Positions 12,411-24,292 of a DNA stretch of 64,000 nucleotides are shown in pieces; within the stretch, counting starts at the first letter, position 1; the number at the start of each line of letters is the position of its first letter. The notes beneath the pieces were generated by a model. The model was given only the letters and a program-made list of their open reading frames with translations, ran no database searches and was not told the DNA's origin. A program made the position numbers and the translations under genes. Origin of the DNA: Callorhinchus milii (lineage: Eukaryota); NCBI RefSeq assembly GCF_018977255.1, contig NW_024704742.1, forward strand, positions 77,068,001 through 77,132,000. Direction: 5' to 3'.

Positions 12411-12793
12411 GGAGTCCTGTAACTTAGTGGTTAGAGCACTCACCTCGCAAGCGATAGGACCTGGGTTCGATTCCCAGCAGGTTGAAATGTTGAGCAAGTT
12501 TCCTTACTCCACACACCTCTGTTCACCTAGCAGTACGTAGGATCCTGACTGTTAGTCGATTGGCGGACCTTCTGGGGGTAATAATCCCTTCAAAAAAAAA
12601 ATTTTATAAAAAATAATTTGTAACTCAATCCACGTCTGTCTGTGGAACACTGCTGTGTGCAATTGGCTGCCATGTTTTACCTACAAAAATATACAGTGAA
12701 TTCACTTTAGAGCATATTCTTTGAAGCGCTTTGAGATGTCTCGACAACGTGATAAGGCGCTATATCAAGTGCAAGATTTATTGTTATTATTAT
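12411..12793 (+). mobile_element. tRNA-derived SINE with L2-type tail (long form)
   Basis: A/B-box head (ggagtcctgtaacttagtggttagagc...gggttcgattccc), body, tail gaagcgctttgaga...aaggcgctatatcaa, then (ATT)n. Confidence 0.88.
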
Positions 12794-13654
12794 GACCTCT
12801 TGTTCCACTGTCATGGTGTAACCTAAAGAATTGTTTGAGCTTTGAACAAAATTCCGGACAGTGAACCACAATGGACTTTTGCTGGTCCAAATGAAAATGA
12901 TCATGTTAAGTGCACTTACATTCAGTCTTGTTTGCATTTAAATATAGTGTCACACATGCTTCAACTCTCCACACTAAAGTCAACCTTCTATTAAGTTTCA
13001 AACAACTGTTCTTCAAATGAGACATTAAAATGTGATCCGGTCATCAGTTCAGGTGGATGTTAAAAGATCCCATGGCACTATTGAAAAAGAGAAGGGAGCC
13101 TTTACTGGTGTCCTGGCCCTCAATCCTTGAGATAAATTGATTATTTATTTCTTGTCTGTTTGTGGGACCTTTCGTGTGTGAAAATCAGCTGCTGCGTTTT
13201 CCTACAAATGCAGTCACGACACATAACAGTAATTATCTTTGAAACCATCTGAGATGTTTGACCTTGTTGGCATTATATCAAATGCAAGGATTATTCATTT
13301 TTAAGCAGGTAATGACGAGCAATTGCTATCTCTGCTGGTGTGCAGATGGATCCAAACTTTCGATCCAATTTCTAAAGCTTTTCGTGTCAAGGACCTGCTG
13401 AACCTGTGTATGATTTTGAAGACTTTTCTAATTTAGCCGAAGGTTGTACATGACTGGGAAAGACCCATTTAATGATTTATTTTCTCCAAAGACCAATTTT
13501 CCACCTTGGTGGGAATGCTCTTCCTACCAATGGGAATCCAATTTTTAAACTGAAAACGTGGTGATGAATTAGCCTGCCACTGGTAGGTAGTAAGGTCTTG
13601 CCCTGTCCTTGTTGTTAATATGTCTAACAGCAAACCTTTCATTTGTGTCCACAG

Positions 13655-13740
13655 GCACCAGGGAAGTCTTGTGAGTGTCCACTCCAAACAAGACATGACA
13701 TGGCTGTGGGATTTCAGTGGAAGAAGACCTTTCTGGATTG
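13655..13740 (+). CDS. FREM1: FREM1 coding exon (C-type lectin)
   Basis: gtccacag| ... ATTG|gtacg. Encodes (M)HQGSLVSVHSKQDMTWLWDFSGRRPFWI(G). 86 nt. Confidence 0.96.
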
Positions 13741-13799
13741 GTACGCCATTATCTGTCTTTAATCTTCAGTAATTTATCTTTTGCTAATTTTTATCTTGC

Positions 13800-14250
13800 A
13801 ATTTTTTTCCCCTCCGCTTAAAGATGTTTGACCCTTTTTTACTTCAATATGGTCAAAATGGTACCTTATACCAAGAAACTATTCTTAGTGTGTGAGCCCT
13901 GACAGAAGGGTGTGAGCAAACAATTCAACTATGGGGCATCGCAGTCAACTCTCGTCATGTCCTTGCCCAACATCCACAAACATGTCCCTTAGGTAAGGGT
14001 TTCTAGATAGTAATCAGGAGTGGGAACAGTGGTTGATTTACATATAACTGCATAGAGCTTTGCAGCAAAGAAACTAATTCCGAAATTGCCTAAAATGTAA
14101 CTAAAATTGCTGAACTAATCAAGCCAGTGATTTTACTTCACACAAACCTCCACCCCTCCTAATACCCTAGTTCTATGGGAGCAATCCAACTGAGATCATC
14201 TAACTGGGATTTGAGCCTGCAATCTTCTGGCCTGCACTAATGCTGCGAAT
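13800..14250 (-). repeat. Old SINE-like dispersed repeat (third family). Related fragments at about 5350-5490, 6760-7320, 9290-9480, 29700-29890, 32790-32970 and 49690-49960
   Basis: Degenerate shared blocks on either strand: tgctgagttagctgatc, ttcctgctcctgattgctat, ggctcacaca...aat, aggtacc. Not assigned to a named family. Confidence 0.6.
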
Positions 14251-14404
14251 GATGCCTTTATCCACCTTGTTTCACAACTGAACCTCAACTTTACATTTCC
14301 TTACCACCAATTGACCATCAAAGGCTACAAGTAATAAAGTGGAGTGGTTGTGCTATTTTATTCGATATTAGCCCAATGTTTCAGCAACATGAACATCCTC
14401 TTGA

Positions 14405-14828
14405 TACTGGGGTTAAATTATGAGCTAGGTTACATAAATTTTGTATCTCCTGGAGTTCAGAGGGTTGAGGGGCAATCTAATCAAGGCGATTAAAATTACA
14501 AAAGGACTCGATAGGTCAAAACTATTTCCTCTGATGGGGGAATCCAGAACAAGGGAATATAATCTTAAAATTAAAGTTAGGCCGGGTAGGCGAGAAACCT
14601 GGATGCATTTTTTCACAAAAAGGATAGTGATAGTCTGGGATTCTCCCTCTAAAGGCTGTGTATCCTGAGTCAGTTGGAATTTTCAAGATTGAGGTTGATA
14701 CGTATTTGTTAGGTAAGGGTATCAAGGATTTGGAGAAAAAGCAGATAAATAGAGATCAGCCACAATCTAACAGAATGGTGGAACAGACTGGAGGTGCTGT
14801 ATGGCCTACTCCTGTTCCTATGTTCCTC
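14405..14828 (+). mobile_element. CR1-clade LINE 3' end (HER1-like)
   Basis: ORF 14441..14668 has CR1 C-terminal-like motifs (LEFRGLRGNLI, FFTKRIVIVWDS). Tail reads atggcctactcctgttcctatgttcct. Confidence 0.85.
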
Positions 14829-16257
14829 GTTTAACTGTATTTGTCTTTGATATCTGAGCATTCTTCCCATTATTTGACTGTAGAATACAATGGATTAGGT
14901 ATGTTAGCGCATCTACATTATATCGGTTACTCCAGTTACGGGGCTTTGCCACCTGATACATTCCTCCAAATTAAAAATCCTCATGTGAGGGAACTGAGGC
15001 TATGATGTGATGCTTGATGAGATACCATCAGAAGAGATTATTCAGGCATTGTAAAGTTGTAGCAAAATTTTTATTGCATCTAACAATAATCTTTGTGACA
15101 GCTCACGAACAGCTCATGATATAACACATGCATACATTCTACGCTTACAATAGGACTTTGTCTTTGTATTTCCAGTTGTTCAGGTTTTCATTTCTATTTC
15201 ATTTGTTCTAACAAATTAGGTAAATGGGAGGGAGAGGAAATCATTTTTTTAATAAAGAAATGTTTGTCTAAAAATCTAAAATCTTCTCACAGCCAATATA
15301 ATGTGGCAGTACGTCAACAAAGTTTTCAGGTCAGGATATTCCGAGTTATTCCAGGAATGAAGCCTGTGGAAAAAAATTCCCAGTCAGACAATAACAGTTC
15401 TTTCATAGAACAGAAGCTACAATTCAAGCCCAAAGCTCCAAAGGCACTTTTTCCCATATTCCTGTATTCCTATGGAGCATTTTGCCAAGTTTTCAAATAC
15501 AAGGATTATATATATTGTAACATGAACCCGAGTCACATAGAATGGACCTTCCACTCAGAGACATAATTCAGCCAAGTCGGTCTAGTCTTTGCCTTAAAGA
15601 AAAGGTTCTCTTGGCTTTAGTATCTCTGGCACATGGAAACCCTTCGAATCGCTAAACCTCTATGCTTTCACTCCGCTCAGCTCCACAGTCCTCTTTCCCC
15701 TGAACCATGCAGTTAGGATATCGGCTTCCTTTTTTCTCTCCTCTTAGCAGCAACACATCCCCCGTGCTGCTTTCCAAGGCCAAGAGACTTCCTGAGGGCT
15801 CGATCACCCATTTTATCCTGGGGCAGTCCCCACGCTCCGTACCATACAATCGTTACAACTCAGTTACAATATTATTAGGTGTTCAACAAATCACAGCTGT
15901 GGTGTTGAACAAATTGTATTTCAGATTGTTTTAAATAATTCTTAACTATATTCTGCAACATCTAAACATGCAATAGAAACAGTTATGTCGTAGTATAATA
16001 GACTAGCCTGGCACGTTGGTAGGACTTGGAGGGACAGACATAAATTCTTAACTTGGCTCCACACTTGGCTCCAGCACATTGTAAGTCAAAGCCATTTTTT
16101 TTTCTTCAATATGGTCAAAATGGTACCTTATACCAAGAAACTATTCTTAGTGTGTGAGCCCTGACATGTCTAGATGGCATATATATATGGAGTTCTCAGA
16201 TATGTACAGACTGCCAAAACAGTGCAATAGATATTTAACTATTTGAATGTGTGTCGG

Positions 16258-16690
16258 ACCAACACAGTTGGTAGTACTCTCACCTCCGAGTCAGATGGTT
16301 GTGGGTTCAAGACCCACATTGGGACTTTGAAGTCACATAATCTAAGCTGACACTCCAATGCAATGTTGGAGGTGGGTTGTATTGTCGCAGGTGCCTTCTT
16401 CCGGATGAGACGTTAAACTGAGGTCGGGTTGCTTGTTCAGCTGGACATTAAAGATCCTATGGTATTATTCGAGAAGAGAAGGGAGTATCTCCAGGTGACC
16501 TAGCCAACAATCTCCCGGATAAATTTGGTTATTCACTTCACGGCTGTTTGTGGAACATTGCTGTGCACAATTGGGCTGCTCCGTTCACCCATGAATACAC
16601 AGTCACTCCACTTTACTGTAAATTCTGTGAAGCCCATTGAGATATCTTCCTGAAGTGAAAGACACTATTTTAAATGCAAGAATTATTACT
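16258..16690 (+). mobile_element. Deu-domain SINE (SacSINE1-like), near full length
   Basis: cagttggtagtactctcacctccgagtcagatggttgtgggttcaag...ggtgccttcttccggatgagacgttaaactgagg...ggacattaaagatcctatgg, then the tail. Confidence 0.85.
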
Positions 16691-16737
16691 TAACTTCTAT
16701 TTCCTATTTTGTCCTTTGTTTTCCTTCAAACACACAG

Positions 16738-16937
16738 GTCTCAATGATAGGATGAGTCTTGGCAAATGGGAATGGGCCGGAGGAGATCCTGTGGTCTTCA
16801 CAAACTGGAAACGAGGCCCTCCTCACACAACAAAGAAGAAAGGGAAGAACTGCGTGCTGGTGAGGAGAAGAGGAAAGTGGCAGGTGAAAAACTGTAAGCG
16901 GGGCAAGCCACACCACTACATGTGCTCAGTTCACTAA
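16738..16937 (+). CDS. FREM1: FREM1 terminal coding exon (C-type lectin end and stop codon)
   Basis: cacacag|. Encodes (G)[27 protein letters not shown]...[28 protein letters not shown], then TAA at 16935-16937. Confidence 0.97.
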
Positions 16938-19860
16938 TAAGTGCAGGAATATTCACATTGAGACCAATGTGTACATATTGTAGTGCTATAGTATTTATTT
17001 ACAATATGTGGATGTGCACAAACACACTTTTTATATTTTGGGGAGGGAGGGAGGTGGGGGTGGGGTTTGGTGCTTGGCTTTGCCTGTCACTGCAAGGTTC
17101 TGTGTGTCACTGCAGCAGAATATGTATGTTTGGCTCTTGGAATGAGATGATGGAAGGGTTTCTGATTGTCATTACTAAACTTAACGACTGCTGAAAAATA
17201 GTTACAGCATGCTGTGAACGTCGTCAGAACCATTAACGGTATGAAGCTTTGTTCAAACTAATGACTGGCCTTTAAGTGTAGCGACTGACCACGTGCAATT
17301 ATAATGGGAATTCAAAGTGCATATGGCATTAGGCCTTAAAATGGGAAAAGCATTTTGCAAGTCTTGTCTGTTTGGCACTTAGTAACTATCAGGCTCCATT
17401 TCCCGACGCAAATGAACTTTCCATTATGTATTTATAATGGAAAAAATTTGCTCGTGTTAGCAATCAGCGAACAAATCATGTTACTACGTCACCTGTGTTA
17501 CTAAACGGTGTAGCTGTTTTTGTTCCCTACTGCGATAAACTCTGGCTTTTTCAGGCTTAACCTCCATTTCAGTGTTGCAGTAAAATTCTTCTCGCTCAGC
17601 ACTCCAAAAGACTTTTGTTTTGGAAGGAAGAGAAAGGGCTGCGTGGGGTGGTTTGTCGGGGCTGAATCACAACTCATAAATTAAAGAGTGTACGAGAGAG
17701 GCCTGTGACCCTGACTAACCTGTGTAGGGAGGAAGTATATGGGAGGGTGGGGGGTGGCGGATACGTTATTCAGAAAGCACACTTCAAATGGTTTTGTCAG
17801 TAACTTTTGAAGACTGCTGTATTTTCATGCAGTGATTCTAAACTTGTGAGTAATGACACAGTGGACATGTGGAACACTGTGAGAGTGAAAACTTGTTGGA
17901 TCACATTTGTTCTCCCTCCCACCACCCCCCGATTGTACCGTACAATTGTTTACCAAGTAGGATTTCTAATGCAGCACTCGCTGTTTATATTTCCCAGTGT
18001 GAACTGAGCAGGTTATGTTGATATCATTGCCTAGCAAATTATACATTTGCAAGAGTCTTATCATTGCTGCATTCTGAATTCAGCACTGTGTACTTTCACG
18101 CAATAGTAGCAAAGCAAAGGCTTTGAGTACTTAAGAGTCATTACACATTTTCATTATAGATAATCTGCACCACTGAAGCGCAGTGCTTCAGGATGATTTT
18201 CACATCACAGACATATTTAATAGATTGCTTACATTTCTTGTTGACATTTGTTTTATGCAGGCCACTGTGCACATTTGTAATGAATCACAAGTCAGCCTAT
18301 TTCTAAAGTTCTGCAACTTTCTTGATAAATCTATGAGGGCTGCGAGTTTGCATTGAATAACATTTCACATAGATCCTGATCATTGTCAGAAATCCCTCAT
18401 TTTCCATGTTTCTCCCCTAAACTCTGGATCATATCTACTTTTCCTGAATTTTATTTGTTTCTAGACACGTAGAAGGAACATTGAACTATTTATTAATAGA
18501 AATGTGTTGATTAAAAAAATAAAGGTTTTACTTAAACATGCATATTCTCTATTAACAAATCCATTAATGTATCATGGGCTGTTCTATATTGGTATGACAA
18601 TGATATACTTGAAGTGGAAGCTTAATAAACAATATTCATTGTAAATATTACAGTATTACTGAAATCTGACTTCTTGTGCCATGTAATACAATGGGCAGCT
18701 TCTACAATACATGAACATGTACCACTTGTAACCAAGTTGCTATACGTTGGACTTATTCTGCGCTGTGTACTCCATGTAGCCTATCCCTTCCCTTGCTAAG
18801 CACTGTTTCCTTTTGTTCTGTAAGTTTTGTAATGTGCCTCTAGTAACTTATAAATAAGCCCAACATAATTCTGAAGCTTAATACTGAGCTGGAGGTATTT
18901 AGAAGGGCACCGAGACAAATACACTAAAGATACCAAAAAGAGAATAGTGCTTAGCTCCCAGCAAGGAATGCAACAATGTAACGCATGGGGCAGAATAATC
19001 TCCATTGTTTGTTTACTGACAACATTGTAAGGGAATTTTGTTTAACAAACCTGCATGACTATCCAAATATATAAAGGAAATGGATGTAATTGTGTACTTA
19101 TAAACAGTTATGTACAAAGATATATTTTGTATCATAAAAGAAATTGGTTGATCAGTGAACTTTGTGAAACAGATCCCGAGTGATCCCTTCAAACGCTGAC
19201 TGCTGAATATATTAATGGCATTCTACAAACACGAATAATTCAAACTACAATAAATAAAGGTTTATCAGTTAAAGCAAGGGTCTCAAAGCACACAGAGCAG
19301 AGAAACACTGAACCTTGAGATTGTCATGTTTTTTTTCATTCTAAATAGAGGATAAGTATAACTTCTTAATTGAAAGCAACTCTAATTCATAGTAATTTGC
19401 TTACCTTTTTTGCTGACATAAAGCATTTTGTGTGTGTGTGTGTGTGTATTTTCGTAATCACACGTGATTTAATGATGCCTAACATGGAAGGCACTGCAAT
19501 TTATAAATCGGCTGATTAACGTCTTGAGCCTGCCAAGGCATTACTACTAGCTCTTCACAGCAATACCTTGGGATTATATCAAACACTGTTAAATTTCAGT
19601 GCATTGAATAGGTCTTATCTATAGCTATAAATGGTGATTGAAGAAAAAGATTCAGCAAAATTATTCTTCATGCCTGTTTTACACCTTTAATGAGTGATAA
19701 CAGTTCTGTTACATTGTTAACAGTCTACATTTTTACATCTGTAAAATGTTTAGTCTGAGTCTTTGTTTATACCAATGAAACTGATTGTTTATATTTGTTT
19801 CTGTTGTTATTTTAATATTCACCTGTTTTGCAACAGCTATATTTTAAATAAAGTGTTAAA
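16938..19860 (+). other. FREM1: Probable FREM1 3' UTR with several candidate poly(A) signals
   Basis: AT-rich and lacking recognisable LINE/SINE copies. AATAAA at about 18518, 18624, 19250 and 19847. The true end cannot be determined from sequence. Confidence 0.45.
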
Positions 19861-20746
19861 TAACATTGTAGTGTTACCTTTCTGTGTCTTTTCACACATA
19901 CAGAAAGGCAGCTACTGCTCCATAACATTGGAATGTACAGAACTAAATGAACTGAACAGAAAATGTAAAGAATTCCAGGAAAATACAAACAAATACAATT
20001 AAACATGGAAATTATCCAAGCTATTTCAATGACTTAAAATGTGCACTTTCCTGAATAATTCCTTCATTTCCTAACCAGACAAATACCTTAAAAAGAGTCA
20101 GCTATAGGAGTATGGGGAAAGAGCAGGCAAACAGGACTGAAGGGATTGCTTTTGAGCAAACTGGCACAGACATGATAGGTCAAATGTGCCATAAATTTCT
20201 ATGGTTCTATGGTTACAAACCAACTTATACAAAAGTGATTTGAGTAGAATTTGGGAATTTGTATTCCAAATTAAGCAATAGGGACAATTTAAGGCAATTT
20301 TCGCATTACTGCTGTTACCCTTAGCTGTTGATGGTGTAGAATCCCCATTGTTTAGAGTTGTATGCTGTTTTCTGGCCTTCACACTCATCCCAATGACTGT
20401 ACAGGCCTCAGAGCAAAACCAAATTATACATTGTTGATCTGTTAGCAGACTGATATAATATGCCTGCCACCGGCTGTCTACACGATTTAGAGCAGGGGTG
20501 GGCCATTATTTTGGCTGGCGTGCTACTCCACGAGTTTTGGTAAGCTTCACGGGCCACAAATTAAAAAATAGATGTAAATGCTTAATGATAGCTCAAAATC
20601 AAGTCTTGCACTTAGACGTGTATAAAATAAAGTCTATATAATTGACATTCATTTAAAAACAGGTTAAAATAAACAACTCATTGAGCAGACATTTATTTGA
20701 TATTTATTCATTTATTCACATATTGATGAGGATGTGACAAGCTCAC

Positions 20747-22910
20747 TCAATGGGAAGAATGAAAGTGCTGATGTGGTTAATCAGACAATTGAAGTCAGGC
20801 ATCGTCTCTGCAGTTGCAATGCAGAGTAGTGCTGCAAGGTGGTCATCAGTCATCACAGATTATGATTTGATTTGAATTTCATCACAGAAAATGTATGTTG
20901 ATCCAAACAGCACAAGCATCCTCCGGGCATGAACCTTTATTTTTGGAAAGGCATATTCATTAAGAGGCATAAAAACTGGGAAGCAGCACTGATTTGAATT
21001 GCTCCGCAAGCAATGGATCACACTGCAGGTCAATAAGCTCAAGTTTGAGGTCAAATGGGGCTTTGTCAACATCAAATGAGAAAGGTGAAGAGACCAAAGA
21101 CAGGTCATTTTCGATCAAATTGAAATCCTTGAATCGGCGAGAAAATTCGGCATGAAAGTCAAGTAGTGACTGAGTATACTTTTTAAGGCTTTGATAGCAA
21201 ACAGTAACTTGCTGCAATGTTGGAAAGTAGGCGAAATGCCTGTTTACTATCTGACGCGATAAAAGAAATAATTTCGTCATAAATGACTTGACACTGCAAT
21301 ACAAATCGTGCACAAAGGCTCCCTTCTGTTGCAGTTTTGAATTCAGTTCATTCATGTGGGCCATGATATCAAGGGCAAATGCAAAATCAGAGAGCCAATT
21401 CAAATCATTCAGCTGTGGGAAATCCAAATTTCTTTGTTTCATGTCCAAAAATCAATCAATCTCTGTTCTCAGTTCCCACACTCTTTTCAAGACCTTTCCA
21501 AAACTAAGCCATTTTACATTCGTGCGACACAGAACATCCGTGTGCTCGGATTCCAATTCCTCAAGCAGAGTTACAAATTGCTGTGGTTTAATCCTCTTGC
21601 TCGAACGTGGTTGACCACTTTCGTAACTGTGTCCACGACATTGCTTAGTTTTAGAACACTCTTACAGAGGACCTCTTGGTGGATAATGCAGTGTAGAAAA
21701 ACAATATTCTGTTCTGGATTTGTTTCTTTGACTTGATCTTGAATTCTTTTCCGTAACCCAACATTTTTGTCTGTCAGATTTGGGCTTCCATCGGTGGTCA
21801 CATTCACCAATGTCCAAAAAGTCGTCTCCAGCTGTCGTATGTTTCATTGACTGCATTGATGCCAATTCTTCTGTGAGCTCAAAATGTTCGGTGATATCTC
21901 GAATAAAAATTACCAACTGGACTGTGTCTTTGACAGCACAACTCTCATCGAGTGCCAGTGAAAAACATGCAAAATTGCTCACTCTATTTTTTAACTGCAG
22001 GTACAGGTTCTCAGAGATATCCTTGACCCGTCTCACAATAGTTCGTCTTGACAAGCTAATGTTCTCAAACTGGTTTTTCTTGTCTGGGCGTAAAATCGAG
22101 GCAGAGTCAACCATACATTCCTTTTTAAATTCTCCTTCAGAGAATGGTTTGCTGTTCTTGGCGATTTTGTGTGCAATCATGTAACTCACCCTTGCCAGAC
22201 TGCACTGGCTGCCTATCCCAGAGAGGATCGACTTCAAGATACTCGTCCTCGCATTCAAGTCCCTGCACTCCTCTGTACCCCCCTACCTCTCTGATCTCCT
22301 CTCTCCTCAAAACAGCACTCGTTGCCTTCATTCCTCCGGGTCTGGTCTCCTCCTTGTCCCCCGAGTCCTCCGCTTCACCCTCGGCGGCCGTGCTTTCAGT
22401 CACTATGCCCAGACGCTCTGGAACTGCCTTCTCCACTCCCTTCGTCTCACTCCCTCCCTTTCCATTTTCAGGTCTTTGCTAAAGACCTTTCTTTTCAACC
22501 GCGCCTTTGGTCACCTTCCTCCCCCTCCCCCTGGCTCGGTTCTGGGATCTGAAACTGTAAAGCGCTCTGAGACACCGTCTAGCTTGGAGGGCGCTACATA
22601 AATCCAAGTTGTTGTTGTTGTAATCTCATCATGCGATACAAATTGTTTCGTGAAAATGCTTTGCTCTTTTTGCATTCGAACAAACATCAGCTTTCTTTCC
22701 TTTTTCTTCTGCAGAAACATTCTTATATTTGCAAGCATGTTTGCTCTCAAAATGACGATTCAAGTTGTAGTCTTTGAGCACTGCCACACTTTCTTTGCAA
22801 ATTAAGCACACAGCTTTTCCACCCACACTGGTAAAACAATATTTAGAAGTCCATTCTTTGTTGAATATTCAGCCTTCAGCGTCCACTTTCCGCTTCTTTG
22901 ATAAGCTCAT
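20747..22910 (-). pseudogene. Disrupted hAT transposase (GTF2IRD2-like family)
   Basis: Reads MSLSKKRKVDAEG*IFNKEWT...CLICKESVAVLKDYNLNRHFESKH (zinc finger), then FSLALDES, TTDGSP, HCIIHQEVLC, WLSDFAF and LFGSTY, ending HSSH*. Contains an in-frame stop, frameshifts and an L2 insertion. Confidence 0.92.
22195..22620 (+). mobile_element. L2 LINE 3' end nested in the hAT transposase
   Basis: Encodes LHWLPIPERIDFKILVL, followed by the L2 3' stem-loop region and a (GTT)n tail. The transposase frame is continuous across it (HDEIT / RVSYMIAH). Confidence 0.92.
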
Positions 22911-23627
22911 TTCGAATTAACGTCCTCTTCAGTGAAGAATATTACCGCGATTGCCGCGCGCGTTTGAAAATTTGCCGATCCTTACATTTCTGACGTCAGC
23001 TTGATTCAACGCTTAAGGGAGCGTGTGCACAACTAAGCAGTGTGATTGGCTGATGTTCCCGGTCAGATTCAAATGCGAAATTTGTGTGACTTTCTGGGAC
23101 TGTACAAACTATAATTTTTTCTATTGCTAGACGCAATGAGGGCCGGATAGAATCATTTGGCGAGCCGGATATGGCCCGCGGGCCATCTTTTATCCACCCC
23201 TGATTTAGAGGAATTGTTGTAACTTTCAAATGCCTCCGGGCTGTTGCCTCAAGCTACCTCTGTGACATCCTGCAGTCCTAATCCCATACCCACTATCTTT
23301 ACCCTGTTAACTCAGGCCTAATTCCCGTCCCAACCCTCTCCACCATTCTATAGGCTAGCGAGCATTCAGACACCACTCCCTGGAACTTTGCTTTCAAAAA
23401 CATCTACAAATGTGGCATTTTGATTGTACTGTCTGTCATCTCCCGCCTACCCCTAACTTTTATCCTCCCTCTCTGTCTATGTGAAATACTTTGAGCCATT
23501 TTCCTAATGTGAAGGGTGCAATCTATGTGGTAAAAGTTGTTTATACAATATTATCACTGCAAGAATTGCTGCCGCAGGGAGGAACACTAAGTGAGCAGGA
23601 TTACTGTTGCAACAACACATCATTAGT

Positions 23628-23990
23628 GAAGTCCTGTAGTTTAGTGGTTTGAACACTCTCCTCATAAGCGAGGACCTGAGTTAGATTCCCGGGCAGGGCG
23701 AAACGTTGGGCAAGTTTCCTTACTGCACACACCTCTGTTTACCTGGTTGTTAGTTGATTGGTGGAGCAATTTTCTGGGGGTAATAATCATTTCAAAAAAT
23801 AATAATTTGGTCACTCAGTCGATGACTGTTTGTGGGACACTGCTTTGCGGAATTTTGGTTGCTGTGTTTCATCCACAAAATATACAGTCAATTCACTTTA
23901 CAATATATTCTGTGAAGCACTTTGAGATGTCTCAATGACATGATAAGGCGCTGTATCAAATGCAAGGATTATTATTATATCATTATTATA
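23628..23990 (+). mobile_element. tRNA-derived SINE (long form)
   Basis: Same head, body and tail as 12411-12793. Confidence 0.88.
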
Positions 23991-24292
23991 ATGTAGTACC
24001 AGATATCTCGGTGGATGAAGTAAAGGGCAGACCTGCAAAGACTGGTTGGTATTTTCAACAAAGGAGAGGGTAAGTGTTTTGTTTTCATGAATGATTCTTG
24101 TTTGGCCGAGCAGCACTCTTACCTAAACAATGGCAGCACAGACCGGGAGCCACCCCACACTATCACCTTTGTTTTTAGCCTTTTTGTTCCCAGCTCAGGA
24201 GGCCCAATCTATCTTGTTAAAGTGTATTGAGACACTCTCTTACATCAAAGGTGCCTTATAGGCATACATAAAGGCATTATTTCCCCAAACGC

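Larger units (their letters stand above)
20493..23202 (-). mobile_element. Full-length hAT (Charlie/SPIN-like) DNA transposon
   Basis: TIR cores CAGGGGTGG (20493-20501) and CCACCCCTG (23194-23202). Perfect 8-bp TSD ATTTAGAG at 20485-20492 and 23203-23210. Confidence 0.95.

Noticed and set aside
18171..18192. Iron-responsive-element-like CAGTGC hairpin in the FREM1 3' region
   Set aside because: The bases flanking CAGTGC do not form the 5-bp upper stem. The actual palindrome (ctgaagc/gcttcag) consumes the loop bases.
20747..22910. Domesticated GTF2IRD2/ZBED-like host gene
   Set aside because: Stop at codon 14, frameshifts, an L2 insertion, and retained TIRs/TSD show it is a dead transposon copy.
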